Shown piece after piece: positions 1-12,930 of a DNA stretch of 64,000 nt. Position 1 is the first letter of the stretch. Each line of letters begins with the position of its first letter. Under the pieces are notes generated by a model. That model did no database searches, was not told the DNA's origin, and saw only the letters and a list, made by a program, of their open reading frames with translations. The stretch lies in contig NW_027590175.1 of NCBI RefSeq assembly GCF_964213995.1, positions 496,001 through 560,000 on the forward strand, read 5' to 3'. The position numbers and the translations under genes were made by a program. Origin of the DNA: Mustelus asterias (taxonomy: Eukaryota).

Positions 1-615
1 CTACCAGCATCTGTCCCAGAGCCCTGAGCGCCAAGAAGTGCTAGGTGCTCACCCAGATATATATATATTTAAAGGATATGAGGCAACCTGCATCTACCAC
101 CCTCAGAGGCAGAGCATTCCAGACCGTCAACACCGTCTGGGTGAAAATTCCCTAAACCTCCTGCCCCTCATCTTGAACTTATGTCTGCTGGCGACTGACT
201 CTTCAACTAAGCAAAACAGCTGCATCTTATCCACTCTCTCCATGTCCCTTCTAACTATAAGGGCCATAGCGAGAGCAGACAGGAATGAGCGTTCCCCGTT
301 GGCGGAGGGATCAATGGTTCCGCGTTAAGAATGTCAGGTAAGCGGCAGGAGGTTTAGGGGCGATATGAGGAAAAATCGTTTCACTCAGGAGGTGGTGGGA
401 ATCTGGAACTCACTTCCTGAAAGGGTGGGGGAGGCAGAGACCCACTTAACATTGAGGAAGTATTTAGATGTGTAGTCGTGATGTCACGGCATGCAAGGTT
501 ATGGGCCCAGAGCTGAAAACTGGGAGTATAATAGAGAGGTGGTTGCTTGAGCAGTGCAGATGCGATGAGTCAAAGGGACGGTTCTGTGCTCGAGCCCTCT
601 GTGACTCTATAACGA
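1..615. mobile_element. Two degenerate CR1 LINE 3' fragments (minus ~1-250, plus ~255-615)
   Basis: CR1 C-terminal and 3'UTR motifs (ttcactcaggaggtggtgggaatctggaactcacttcc; tail ctctgtgactctat). Confidence 0.7.
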
Positions 616-1178
616 GGCGCTTGTCCCTGTGAAACATGACTATTTCTGTTGATATCTCCCAATACGGCTTGAGATGCACTGATTTGATGTACATTTAGGG
701 GCATTTTCATGCGAGTTTTTCGCGTATCAATGGTAGCCGCATAACGACACATCTTTGCCGCAATTGTTTTTGCTGCCACAGTGAACGAAAGATGTCAGAT
801 GCAGTTAGTGACCATTTGCAGCGGACGGCCACGTTCGGCGTTCCAATGATGAGGAGAGTGGACTCTGCATCCAGCGATCGGAGTTCGCTTTGCTTTTCTT
901 TGCCACAGCAAATGACTGATTTGCTGAAGGAAATTATATTTAAATTTCTCATGAAGTGTTACTTTAAAGACAGAAAAATTCAGCTTATTCCACCGCACTC
1001 ACATTGCAGACGATGAAGCGATTGACTCGCCTGGCATCATCGCATCAGCCCCTGATTGTGATTGCGAAAGAACACAATTCGCTGAGAGTCAGAGAAGCAA
1101 CACGAACAGAGGGACCACCAATAGGTGCCATTCTCTCCCGCACCTGTCCCAATTGATAGGCGAGTTCGTAGAGGAATA

Positions 1179-1250
1179 GTGTCTCCCCCAGATCCGAACC
1201 AGGTATACTGGATTCAATGTCCAGAGTACTAACCGTTACACCATGGAAGC
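1179..1250 (-). pseudogene. tRNA-Gln(TTG) pseudogene
   Basis: rc gcttccatggtgtaacggttagtactctggacattgaatccag...ggttcggatctggggg; Gln body with U33>A and broken stems. Confidence 0.75.
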
Positions 1251-1572
1251 CACCCCAGCCGTAGTTAAGGCACGAAGCCGAAAGAAAAACACACACTCAC
1301 ACGCACTCACACACACACACACTTGCTCAATATTTGCCAGAGTCCACTCGAATGGTTGCTGTTTTTGGACACCAATTGCTCCTTTCTTTCATCAGATGAC
1401 TTAAAGAGTCGCGAAATAATGAAAAGAAACATTGACGTTGCAGACATCTGGCGCCAGAAGCTCATCAATGTGCATTCCAATAGGAGTTGAACTGGCTGAC
1501 AAATTGTCCTCTCCTTTCGCAAGCAATTTATGAGCAATTTAAATTAAATGTCAGTCAGCAAACAAAAAATAA

Positions 1573-1636
1573 TTTTCGGCCGAGATTTGAACTCGGATCG
1601 CTGGATACAGAGTGGGCACTATTGCACCACAGAACC
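1573..1636 (-). pseudogene. tRNA-Gln pseudogene with anticodon-arm deletion (another remnant on + at ~838-890)
   Basis: rc ...atccagcgatccgagttcaaatctcggc retains the Gln T arm. Confidence 0.65.
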
Positions 1637-1789
1637 CAGAACACACGAACAAGCGTCAAATGGTCACTCAAAACATTTGACCTCTTTCATTCAATGTGGC
1701 AGCAACAGCAAGTGTGACAACAGTGTGTCGGTTTGCGCCACATTGATGGGATCAAAGGAAATTTGTCAAATTGGATGCACTCTCCACTC

Positions 1790-2018
1790 TCACTGTCTGC
1801 ATCTGTTTACTTGATTGCTTGATTACATGTGAAGACTCGCATTCCAACCATTAACTTGCAATTGAGTCTTTGTCAATATATCCCGTGTTTGTGAACCCAA
1901 CTCTCCACTCATCTGACGACAGCTCGTGATACCCAATAACACTTTTGGAATTTACCCTGGTGTTATGAGACTTCTTACTGTGCCCACCCCAGTCCAACGT
2001 CGGCATCTCCACATCATA
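1790..2018 (+). mobile_element. Penelope-like element terminal fragment
   Basis: Ends in accccagtccaacgtcggcatctccacatcat, the same tail as the GIY-YIG element at 17508-18315. Confidence 0.7.
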
Positions 2019-2280
2019 ATTTTAATAAGCAAAGGACAGCGATAAGCTGCAAAGCGCTGATGGTAGATATGCTGTTGCAAGGTAAATCTGTCTGGTAATG
2101 GGTCACATTTTACCTTTTACACTGACACAGTTATCGCCCAGATCTAGGTCCAAATCTCGGAATAAGTGACAAAGAATCTTCGTGCAGAATTTACTCATTC
2201 CCACGAGGTCACAGGCATTGCACACAAGTGAAGAGGGTGGACTGTGCTGTCATGGGTTGTAAGGTGATAGAATTACCGTG

Positions 2281-2590
2281 AGGGTGGCATGGTGGCGCAG
2301 GGGTTAGTACTGCAGTCTCACAGAACCAGGGACCCGGGTTTGATTCCCAGCTTGGGTCTCTGTCAGTGTGGAGTCGGCACATTTTCCCCGGGTCTGTGTG
2401 GGTTTCCTTCGGGTGCTCGGGCTTTCTCCCACACTGCGAAAGACGTGCTGGCGAGGTGGATTGGCCATGCTAAATTCTCCATCAGTGCACCCGAACATGC
2501 GCCAGAGTGAGGCAACTAGGGGGTTTTGACAGTAGCTTCTATGCAGTATTAATGCAAGCCTAATTGCGACTATAATAAAATAAACTCCTA
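2281..2590 (+). mobile_element. tRNA-derived shark SINE (V-SINE core, taataaa tail)
   Basis: A/B-box head ggtggcgcagggttag...gggtttgattcc; V core ttttccccgggtctgtgtgggtttcc. Confidence 0.8.
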
Positions 2591-4169
2591 AACTTTAAAG
2601 GCAGCAGTGTGAATGAAATGGAAACAATTATAGAAAGTTACAGCACAGGAAAAGGTTATTAGTCCTGGCGTGCTGCTTTGAAACAACAGTTGTGTTTAGT
2701 TTATCAGGAATGAGAAAGAGACATACCAAATTCTATTTTCACCTTGGCCGTGAAAGACTTGACTCTGAACCACTAGACCACCGGCCTCCAGCATAACATG
2801 TTCAATATTGTGGTCATTATTTGTGGTCATTTCCCTGTGGTCGTTAATCCATCCTGCCTTGCTTTCTACCACAGACCTTCACTTTTGTTGTTTTTGCCGA
2901 GTGACTCCTGACTTTGCAATCAGAAAATTCTGGAAATACTCACATATCATTTAATATTTGGGAAAAACATGAATTATGAAACTTTTCCCTCACTCTGTTG
3001 AACGGTATTCGGAAATATTGCTGTCTGGTTTCAAACCGTCGGAGAGAAAGTGATAAGTCTGGTGGCGCGTTTGTTGTATGTTGTCAATGGCTGAACACAT
3101 CACTGATGTTGAAGCAGATTATGTCATTTTTCAGATGAAAGCTTTTGGGGTGAATGTGCTTTGGAGTGAAAATAAAAATAACAAAAGGAGCGTGGATAAA
3201 ACAAATTGTAAAACAAGCTGTAACCTGTTGGACTGGTGGACAGTGTTTAACTCTTTCACTGATATTTTGATTACTGGTCAAGAAATGAAGATTTACTGCT
3301 CTTGCCCAAACCTTGTAACAAATATCAGTAATTTCACTGTAGAACACATAAATCTTGCCCTCGCCTCGTGTCCTGCCCTTACTGAAGTGAAGAACCTGAG
3401 CAAATACAACAGTAAGTTTTCTTGTCATTTCTGGCGGGAAATTCGGAACCAGACGAGGTTGAGGACAGTTTAAATCCTGCTGGTTCTTCATTGCATCTCA
3501 TTGTCTTTCTGACTGGAGAAGATTTCTGTTTGCTCCAACGTTCAGACTTATCTGATTAACAGACAGACCGGACTCGAGGTACCCAATGGCCCATCCCAAG
3601 TTCTTTGCCTCTGAGCTATTTCAGTAGCAATACCGGTAAAATAAATGATTAGCATTTGCATTTCTGGCGGTAGCGGGGCCGAACGGTCTAAAATGTTAGA
3701 TTTAGGTTCCAAGAGCTGGGGAGGCTGTTCCAATCCCAGCGCTGCGACAAGTGGTTTTAGTTCCGGACACGGCATTGGAGAGTTTCACCTGCGAAGAGGG
3801 ACTGGATAGACTGCGGCTGATTTCCCCTGAGCAGAGAATGCAGACGGCAGATTTGACTGAGTGTACAAAATTTTGAGTGGCATTGATATGAATAGACGTT
3901 TCCCCATAGTAGAGGGGAACATAGATTTCAGGTAGGGAAAAAGAGATTAAGAGAAAATCAGAGAGAGATGACAATTTGGAACACACTGCCTGAAAGGTTG
4001 TTAGACACGGGAACTCGAACTCTAAAAACAGTTAAGAACCATTTATTAGAGCACTTTGAACGCCATAATATCACGGGCAATCACACTCGCCGCACCACTG
4101 CAGTACAGATCTTTTGCCCATGTGTGAAAAAATGATATAATTAGTTGAGCAGATTGCTGCAAAATTAAT

Positions 4170-4400
4170 GCTTCTTGACATCATGGTTGTTGTCCCCTTT
4201 TGTCACATTCCTGATGATCGAGAGCAAACTGGTAGTAATTGTCTTGGTTTGATTTGTCATTTGCCAGGTAGATGCCAGTGATGTAGTTATACTGAAACAC
4301 CTTGGCTCGAAGCGCATCATGTTCGAGAGCACATCTCTTCTGTAGAATTGCAGGAATATTGCCAGTGCCAAGAGCTTTGCTAGTTTTCAATGCCTTCATA
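4170..4400 (-). mobile_element. CR1-group LINE RT fragment (same family as 5400-6110 and 19790-20585)
   Basis: Degenerate KALGTGNIPA..L motif on minus strand. Confidence 0.55.
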
Positions 4401-4942
4401 TGCATCTCTGTCTTCTAATCAACGCTGCTAGTGCAAATGATTGTGCAATAGCGGGCGCCGCTGTAGTTTCACAGCACCAGGGACCCGGATTCAATTCCAG
4501 CCTCAGGTCATTGCACGTTTTCCCCGTGTGCATAAGTTTCTCGCTGGTGTTCCAGTTTCCTCTCACAGTGTGAAGAGGTACAGGCAAGGTGGTTTGGTCA
4601 CGTATTTGCTGGAATTGCTTATGAGATGATAGAGTGACTGTGTGACTATCTGGCAAAGTTTAGACAATGACCTGAAATGAAAAAATGGGAGAAGAGATAA
4701 TTAGGGATTAATTGCAAATCCTTCTTTTCAGCTTTTCCGGAGGCCGAACGGTACGGATTCGGCTTTGTGCCCGGGATTGATTCCCAGTCAGGGGGTGAAT
4801 AACTTTTTGTTTAATTCTTCATTAAATTAAACCTCAACTCACATCTTCTGTAAAGGGAGAAAGAGGGTCAATCTCCAAGCTTAATGAATTATATCGGAGA
4901 TGGAAAAGTCAGAGATCTAACAACAATAATAATCTCAGAAGA

Positions 4943-5244
4943 AGAATCACACTGCAGGCACACGGTAAGCATTGGTCACTTCAAGTAACTGGCACATGTC
5001 AAATTTTGTCCATTTCAATCCACACATTTTAACTCCCTGCTCTCCCGCTCAGACATTTCCACTTCCATCAAATATCACTCAGCTAAAAATATAGTCAGTT
5101 TTAGCCGAGTGATATTTGATGGAAGTGGAACTGTCTGAGCGGGAGAGCAGGGAGTTAACATGTGTGGATTGAAATGGACAGAATTTGACATTTGCCAGTT
5201 ACTTGAAGTGACCAATGCTGACCGTGTACCTGCAGTGTGATTCT
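4943..5244. repeat. Long imperfect palindrome: 146-bp arms (4943-5088 / 5099-5244), 10-nt spacer
   Basis: agaatcacactgcagg...atatcactcagctaaaa is mirrored by ttttagccgagtgatat...cctgcagtgtgattct. Confidence 0.95.
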
Positions 5245-5283
5245 GATTAGTATGCATTTATTGTAGGGGAACTGCTAACGATT

Positions 5284-5356
5284 GGCTCCATAGCTCAGTG
5301 GTTAGAGCACTGGTTTAGTAAACCAGGGGTCGTGAGTTCAATTCTCACTGGAGCCT
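5284..5356 (+). tRNA. tRNA-Thr(AGT), intact cloverleaf
   Basis: GGCTCCA/TGGAGCC acceptor, CTGGT-TTAGTAA-ACCAG anticodon arm, GTGAG-TTCAATT-CTCAC T arm, TTTT at 5360-5363. Confidence 0.9.
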
Positions 5357-5399
5357 ACGTTTTCGTTCAGTTAATGGCCGCAAGTTACACATGGGAAGT

Positions 5400-6110
5400 T
5401 CAACCCTCAGTCCAATGCCGCATTGATGTCCAGGGCTGTCACTCTCAACTCACCTCTGGAATTCAGCTCCTTTGTTTGAACCAAGGCTTGGAGTGACGAC
5501 AGGAGCTGAATGATCCTGGTAAAACGAAAACAGAGTTTTGCTGACGAGGTGTTGCTTGTTAGCAATACTGATGATCCGTTCATCACTTTACTGATGAGTG
5601 AGAGAAGATTGATTGGGCAGTAATTGGCTGGGGTGGATTTGTCTTGCTTTTTATATACAGGACATACCTGGGCAATTTTCCACATTGTTGGGGAGATGCC
5701 ACTGTTGTAACTGTACGGTAAAAGCTTGGCTAGGGGAGCGGCAAACTCTGGAGCACTATTGCCGAAATGTTATCAGGGCTCATTCCCTTTGCAGTAGCCA
5801 ATGCCTCCAACCGTGGAGTGAATTGAATTGGTTGGAGACTGGCATCTGAGATGCTGGGGACCACTGGAGGAGGCCGAGGTGGATCTTCCACTCGGCACTT
5901 CTGGCTGAAGATTTCTGCAAATAGTTCAGCCTTATTTTTTCCACTGATGTGCTGGGCTCCACCATCATTGAGGATGGGGATATTTGCGGAGCCTGCTCCT
6001 CCAGTGAGTTGTTTAATTGTCCACCACCATTCTCGATCGATGTGGAATGGCTGCAGAGCTTAGGTCTCAACTGTTGGTCGTGGGAGCGCTTAGCTCTGTC
6101 TATCATTTGC
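5400..6110 (-). mobile_element. CR1-group LINE RT fragment
   Basis: WKIAQVCPVYKKQDKSTPANYCPINLLS..ALDI RT N-terminal motifs, frameshifted. Confidence 0.8.
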
Positions 6111-6356
6111 ACGTATAATCCCATGAAATTCTGTTGCAGAATGAACGAGATGCGAATATGTGTACGGTATCAAAATCGAAACGTTCCTTCCCTGTCAGTG
6201 CGTCAAGAAATTATCAGCATTTCTTTTTTTAAAGTTGAACATTTGATGACGAAGTCAGAGCAAAGATAACATGGCTGTAACAACAAGGTTCTGTAATGTT
6301 GAGCAACGAATTGAAATCATACAGATTTTCCCCACTCGCGGAAAAGTTAACGGAAC

Positions 6357-6429
6357 GTTTCTGCCCAGCTTCGAGCCGTGGAACTTCTCGCACGTGAGAC
6401 GAATGTGATAACCACTACACTACAGTAAC
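6357..6429 (-). pseudogene. tRNA-Val(CAC) pseudogene, unit 1
   Basis: rc gttactgtagtgtagtggttatcacattcgtctcacgtgcgag... Confidence 0.8.
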
Positions 6430-7603
6430 ACCTGACAGCACCTGGCCACAAATCGGCCGTCTGCAATGTTCAACTGCGCTGTGTTGCTGCAGGTTCCAAT
6501 GGTTGGACTGAGAGACCATGTCGCTTAATTCGGGAACATAACCGTTACTTTCAATCTCATTGCTCAACTTATCTTGAACTTCAAAATTTAAAAGCATTCG
6601 TCTGGCAGATATCTAAGGGAGCAATGATTTCTACCCATTCATTATTTCAACATTCTCATCTTCCTTCGAATAATCTCAACCTATTGTACTCAGTAATCGA
6701 AGCGAATTCCTGCAGATGCTGGAATCTGAAACCAAAAGAGGAAATGCTGGAAAACCTCACAAGCCCCGGCAGCATCTGTAAGGAGAGAAAAGAGCGGGCG
6801 TTTCGTGTCCAGGTGACACTTTATCAAAGCTCATTGTACAATTCTACTCAACATTTGTTTCAATATTTAAAATCAATGTAATATTTAACAGATATGTCTT
6901 CATTATGAATTGAATATTTCTGAAATTGAATATCACATAATTGCAAACATAACTGACCAACTGAAGGAATCGAGTCACCGGGTAATGCAGATCACAATTT
7001 TGAGATTGACCAGTCAGCTTTTAAACAAAGTCAACTACATTTAAATGGAAGGGATTAAAACATTATCTCTGAGTTACACTTGAGCCTTTTTTATTATGGG
7101 CGAGAAAATTCAGGTGCATGAATTCCGGCCATCTATAGGAAAGTCCAGTAGACTGGCGCTGAGTCCCGATTCCCTCATCTGCCTGACTGTTTTTTTCGCC
7201 CTATTTCTTTGTTGTGAAGAACGATTTTAAAAACGAATCTTCTGGGAAATGAGCGCCATTTCCTATAGATCACTTACAATATCACTTGTGTCAGTCTTCT
7301 GGAGCACACTCCACGATTAGATATGTTTCAGATGGTGATTAACCATGTTAGTCTGCACCTAAAACCTATTAAATTCTGTTGTAGAATGCAGGAGTTGCGA
7401 ATATGTGCACGGTGTCAAAATCGAAATGTTTCTTTCCTGTCAGTGCGTCATAAAAAGGAATAGCATCTCTTATTTCACAGAAAACTTTTGAGGTCGATGT
7501 CAGAGCAATGATATCATGGCTGTAATATCGAAGTTCGGAAAATGTTGAGCAACGAATGAAATCATGCAATTTTCCCTCGCACGCCAAGAGAAAGCTTAAT
7601 GAA

Positions 7604-7676
7604 TATTCCTGCTCGGTTTCAAACCGGGGACTTTTCCCGTGTTAGGCAAACGTGATAACCACTACACTATAGAAAC
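7604..7676 (-). pseudogene. tRNA-Val(AAC) pseudogene, unit 2
   Basis: rc gtttctatagtgtagtggttatcacgtttgcctaacacggg...ggtttgaaacc; B box C56>T. Confidence 0.8.
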
Positions 7677-8371
7677 AGCTGGAAGCACACTGCAGCCAAT
7701 CTGCTTGTTTGCAATGTTCAACTGCGCTGTGCTGCTGCAGGCTCCAATGGTGAGACGGAGAGCCCATGCCACTTTATTCAGGAAGATAACCGTTACTTTC
7801 AATCTGATTGCTCAACGTATCTTGAACATCAAAATTTAAAAGCCTTCTTCAGGCAAATATCTAAGGGAGCAATGATTTCTGGCCATTCATTAATGCATCA
7901 TTTTCATCTTCCTTCGAATAATCTCACCCAATTGTACTCAATAATAAAAAAATACATTACTGTGGATGCCGGAATCGGAAACAAGAAGAGAAAATGCTGG
8001 AAAATCTTGCAATGTCTGAAAGCACCTGTAAGGAATGAAAAGGGCTGACGTTTTGAGTCCAGATGACACTGTGTCAACGCTCATTGAGCAATTGTACTCA
8101 GTATTAGTCTCATTATTCAAAATTTAGTACCAATGCATTATTTAACACATATGACTTTATTATGAATTGAATATTTCTGGAATTGAATACCACAGTATTG
8201 CAAAAATAACTAGCCGACAGAAGGAATCGAGTGAACGGATAATCCAGATCGCAATTTTGAGATTGACCGTAGCCAGCTTTTAAACAAAGTCAACTACATT
8301 TAAATGGAAGAGATTCAAGAATTATCTGTCCGTGACACTTGGGCCTTTTTTAACATGGGCGTGAAACATTG

Positions 8372-8845
8372 AGGGATGAGGGATGTTGATTATGAGCAGA
8401 GACTGAGCAGATTGGATTTGTATTCGTTTGAATTTAGAAGGCTGAGGGGGGATCTTATAGAGATCTATAAGATAATGAAGGGGCTGGATAGGGTAGAGGT
8501 GGAGAGATTCTTTCCACTGAGAAAGCAAACTAGAACTAGAGGGCACAGCCTCAAAATAAAGGGGGGTCAGTTAAGGACAGAGTTGAGGAGGAACTTCTTC
8601 TCTCAGAGGGTGGTGAATCTCTGGAATTTACTGCCCACTGAAGTGGTGTAGGCTACCTCGTTGAATACGTTTAAATCACGGATAGATGGATTCCTGATCG
8701 GTAATCGAATTAGTGGTTATAGGGATCAGGCGAGTAAGTGGAACTCATCCACTTCAGATCAGCCATGATCTTATTGCATGGCGGGGCAGGCTCGAGGGGC
8801 TAGATGGCCTACTCCTGCTCCTATTTCTTATGTTCTTATGTTCTG
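8372..8845 (+). mobile_element. 5'-truncated CR1 LINE
   Basis: YEQRLSRLDLYSFEFRRLRGDLIE..RRNFFSQRVVNLWN; tail (ttcttatg)n. Confidence 0.9.
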
Positions 8846-9204
8846 TGAAATGTGCGCTATTTCCTCCAGTTCACTTACAGTATATATTGTATCTGTCTTT
8901 TTGAGCACGCACTGCTGTCAGATATTTCAGATGGTGATTAACCATATTAGTCTGCACCTATAAACCCATTAAATTCTGTTGTAGACTGAACGAGATGCAG
9001 ATATGTGCTCGGTGTCAAAATCAGAACGTTTCTTTCCTGTCAGTGCATCGAAAAAAAGCGCAGCATCTCTTATTTTACAGAAAACATTTGAGGCTGATGT
9101 CAGACGAATGATAACGTGACTGCAATATCAAGGTTCGGATAATGTTGAGCAACAAACTGAAAACAAGCAATTTTCCCTTTCCCGACTTGGGAAAGCTTAA
9201 CGAA

Positions 9205-9276
9205 CGTTTCTGCCCCGTTTCGAACCGGAAACCTTTTGCATGTTAGGTGAATGTGATGACCACTACATTCAGAAAC
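9205..9276 (-). pseudogene. tRNA-Val(AAC) pseudogene, unit 3
   Basis: rc gtttctgaatgtagtggtcatcacattcacctaacatgc...ggttcgaaacggggcagaaac. Confidence 0.75.
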
Positions 9277-10397
9277 AGCTGCAAATACGCGTCAGCAAAA
9301 CTGCTTGTCTGCAATGTTCAACTGCGCTGTGTTGCTGCAGGTTCCGATGGTCAGACTGTGAGCCAATGTCACTTAACTCAGGAAGATGACCGTTACTTTC
9401 AATCTGATTGCAAGCCTTATCTTGAACATCAAAATTTAAAAGCGTTCGTCTCGCAAATATCTCAGGCAGCAATGATTTCTGCCCATTCATTAATGCATCA
9501 TTTTCAACTTTCTTTGAATAATCGCAACTAATTGTATTCAGTCATAAAAGCCAATCACTGCGGATGAGGAAAGAGAAGATGCTGGAAAGTCTCACAATGT
9601 CTGTAAGGAGTGAAACGGGCTGACGTTTCGAGTCCAGATGACACTTTGCCAAGGTTCATTCAGCTTTTATACGCAGTATTTGTTTCAATATTTAGCATCA
9701 ATGCAATATCTAACACACATGTCTTCATTATGAATTGAATATCGCTGGAATTGTATATCACAGAATTACAAACATAACTGACCAACAAAAGGAATCGAGT
9801 CACTAGGTAATACAGATCGCAATTTTGAGATTGATCGTAGTCAGCTTTTAAACAAAATCAACTACATTTCAGTGGAAGTGTTTCACTTGAGCCTTTTTTA
9901 TTATGGGCGTGAAACATCAAGCGCATAAATTCCGGCCGTTTATAGGAATGTCCAGTAGATCTGCACTGAGTCTCGATTCCCTCATCTGTCTGAGTGTTTT
10001 TTTTTCCTATTTCTTTGTTGTGAAGACGGATTTTAAAAAAAAGAATCCTCTGGGAAATGAGCGCCATTTCCTATAGATCACTTACAATATCACTTGTGTC
10101 AGTCTTCTATTAGAAACGTTTCACATGGTGATTAACTATGTCAGTCTGCACCTATAATTCCATTAAAATCGGTTGTGGACTGAACGAGATGCGAATATGT
10201 GCATGGTATCAAAATCGAAACGTCCCTTTTCTGTCAGTGCGTCAAGAAACTATCAGCATTTATTTTTTTAAATTAAACATTTGGCGACTAAGTCAGAGCA
10301 AAGATAATATGGCTGCAACATCCAGATGCGACAATGTTGAGCAACGAATTGAAATCATATAGATTTTCCCCACTCTACATGAAAATTTTTTACGGAA

Positions 10398-10470
10398 TGT
10401 TTTTGCCCGCTTTTAAACACGGGTCCTTTCACATATGAGGCAAACGTGACAACCACTACACTACAGAAAC
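10398..10470 (-). pseudogene. tRNA-Val pseudogene, unit 4 (CAC decayed to CAT)
   Basis: rc gtttctgtagtgtagtggttgtcacgtttgcctcatatgtgaaagg; T arm destroyed. Confidence 0.75.
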
Positions 10471-10539
10471 AGCTGACAGCGCAGCACAACCAATCGACCT
10501 GTCTGCAGGTTCCAATGGTTGGACTGAGAGCCCATGTCA

Positions 10540-11905
10540 TATAGCCATAGAGTCATCGAAGTTTACAGCATGGAAACAGACCCTTCGGCCCAAATTGTCC
10601 ATGCCGCCCTTTTTTTTTTAAACCCCGAAGCTAATCCCAATTGCCCGCATGTGGCCCATATCCGTCTATACCCATCTTACCCATGTAACTATTTAAATGC
10701 TTTTTAAAAGAAACAGTTGTACCCGCCTCTACAATTACCTCTGGCAGCTTGTTCCAGACACTCACCACCTTCTGTGTGAAGAAAATGCCCCTCTGGACAC
10801 TTTTGTATCTCTCCCCTCTCACCTTAAATCTATGCCGTCTAGTTTTAGACTCCCATATATTGGGAAAATATATTGACTATCTACCTTGTCTATGCCCCTC
10901 ATTATTTTATAGATCTCGATAAGCCTCCTACGCTCCAGAGAAAAATGCCCCAGTCTATTCAGCCTCTCCTTATAACTCAATCCATCAAGTCCCGGTAGCA
11001 TTCTAGTAATTTTTTTCTGCACTCTTTCTAGTTTAGTAATATTCTGTCTACAACGCCGGCATCTCCACATTACAATAGGGTGACCAGAATTGCACACAGT
11101 ATTCCAAGTGTGGCCATACCAATGTCTTGTACAACATTAACAAGACGTCCCAACTCCTGTATTCAATGTTCTGACCGATGAAATCAAGCTTGCCGAATGC
11201 CTTCTTCACCACTCTGTCCACCTGTGACTCCACTTTCAAGGAGCTATGAACATGTACCCCGAGATCTGTTTGTTCTGTAACTCTCCCCAACGCCCGACCA
11301 TTAACTGAGTAAGTCCTGCCCTGGTACAATCTACCAAAATGCATCGCTGGTCACAGGCCTCCAGTTTGAAAAACAACTCTCCAGGACAACCTTCTGTCAA
11401 GAAGCCAATTTTGTATCCATTTAGACCAGATTTAACTTTTTGCAACAACCTACCATGCGGTACCTTGTCAAAGGTCTTGCTGAAGTCCATGTAGACAACA
11501 TCAACTGCACTGCCCTCATGTACCTTCTTGGTTACCCCTTCAAAAAACTCAATTAAATTGGTGAGACATGATTTTCCAATCACAAAGCCATGCTGAATGT
11601 CCCTATGCAATCCTTGCATCTCTAAATGCCTGTAGATCCTATCTCTCGAAATACCTTCCAACAATTTACCCACCACAGATATGAGGCTCACTGGCCTGTA
11701 GTTCCCAGGCTTTTCCCTGCAGTCCTTCTTAAACAAAGGCACAACATTTGCCACTCTCCAATGTTCAGGCACCTCACCCGTGACTATCCATGATTCAAAT
11801 GTATCGGCTCGGAGACCCGCAATTTCCTCCCTAAACTCCCAGAACCTCCTGGTATATACCTCATCAGGTCCCGCAGATTTATCTACCTCGATGCGCTTTA
11901 AGACT
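10540..11905 (-). mobile_element. CR1 LINE fragment with internal deletion
   Basis: WRVANVVPLFKK..NYRPVSL..QHGF..YMDFSKTFD and C-terminal CR1 motifs. Confidence 0.9.
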
Positions 11906-11950
11906 TAATTCGGGAAGATAACCGTTACTTTTAATCTGATTGCTCAACTT

Positions 11951-12930
11951 ACATAGAACATAGAACATAGAAAGCCACAGCACAAACAGGCCCTTCGGCC
12001 CACAGGTTGCGCCGATCACATCCCCACCTCTAGGCCTATCTATAGCCCTCAATCACATTAAATCCCATGTACTCATCCAGAAGTCTCTTAAAAGACCCCA
12101 ACGAGTTTGCCTCCACCACCACCGACGTCAGCCGATTCCACTCACCCACCACCCTCTGAGTGAAAAACCTACACCTGACATCTCCTCTGTACCTACCCCC
12201 CAGCACCTTAAACCTGTGTCCTCTCGTAGCAACCATTTCAGCCCTTGGAAATAGCCTCTGAGAGTCTACCCTATCCAGACCTCTCAACATCTTGTAAACC
12301 TCTATCAGGTCACCTCTCATCCTTCGTCTCTCCAGGGAGAAGAGACCAAGCTCCCTCAACCTATCCTCATAAGGCATGCCCCCCAATCCAGGCAACATCC
12401 TTGTAAATCTCCTCTGCACCCTTTCAATGGCTTCAACATCTTTCCTGTAATGAGGTGACCAGAACTGCGCGCAGTACTCCAAGTGGGGTCTAACCAGGGT
12501 CCTATAAAGCTGCAGCATTATCTCCCGACTCCTAAACTCAATCCCTCGATTAATGAAGGCCAGTACGCCGTACGCCTTCTTGACCGCATCCTCCACCTGC
12601 GAGGCCGATTTAAGAGTCCTATGGACCCGGACCCCAAGGTCCTTCTGATCCTCTACACTGCTAAGAATGGTACCCTTCATACTATATTGCTGCTTCATCC
12701 CATTGGATCTGCCAAAATGGATCACCACACACTTATCCGGGTTGAAGTCCATCTGCCACTTCTCCGCCCAGTCTTGCATTCTATCTATGTCTCGCTGCAA
12801 CTTCTGACATCCCTCCAAACTATCCACAACACCACCTACCTTGGTGTCGTCAGCAAACTTACCAACCCATCCCTCCACTTCCTCATCCAGGTCATTTATG
12901 AAAATGACAAACAGCAAGGGTCCCAGAACA
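11951..12930 (-). mobile_element. 5'-truncated CR1 LINE, open RT C-terminal half
   Basis: VLGPLLFVIFINDL..FADD; (catagaa)n tail at 11951. Confidence 0.95.

Noticed and set aside
3341-3411. Possible exon (EHINLALASCPALTEV.., gtaagt donor), LRR-like
   Set aside because: Single short segment with no partner exons; cannot be supported
10398-10470. Val body with CAT anticodon as a Val-for-Met mistranslator
   Set aside because: T arm and B box are destroyed; ordinary pseudogene decay
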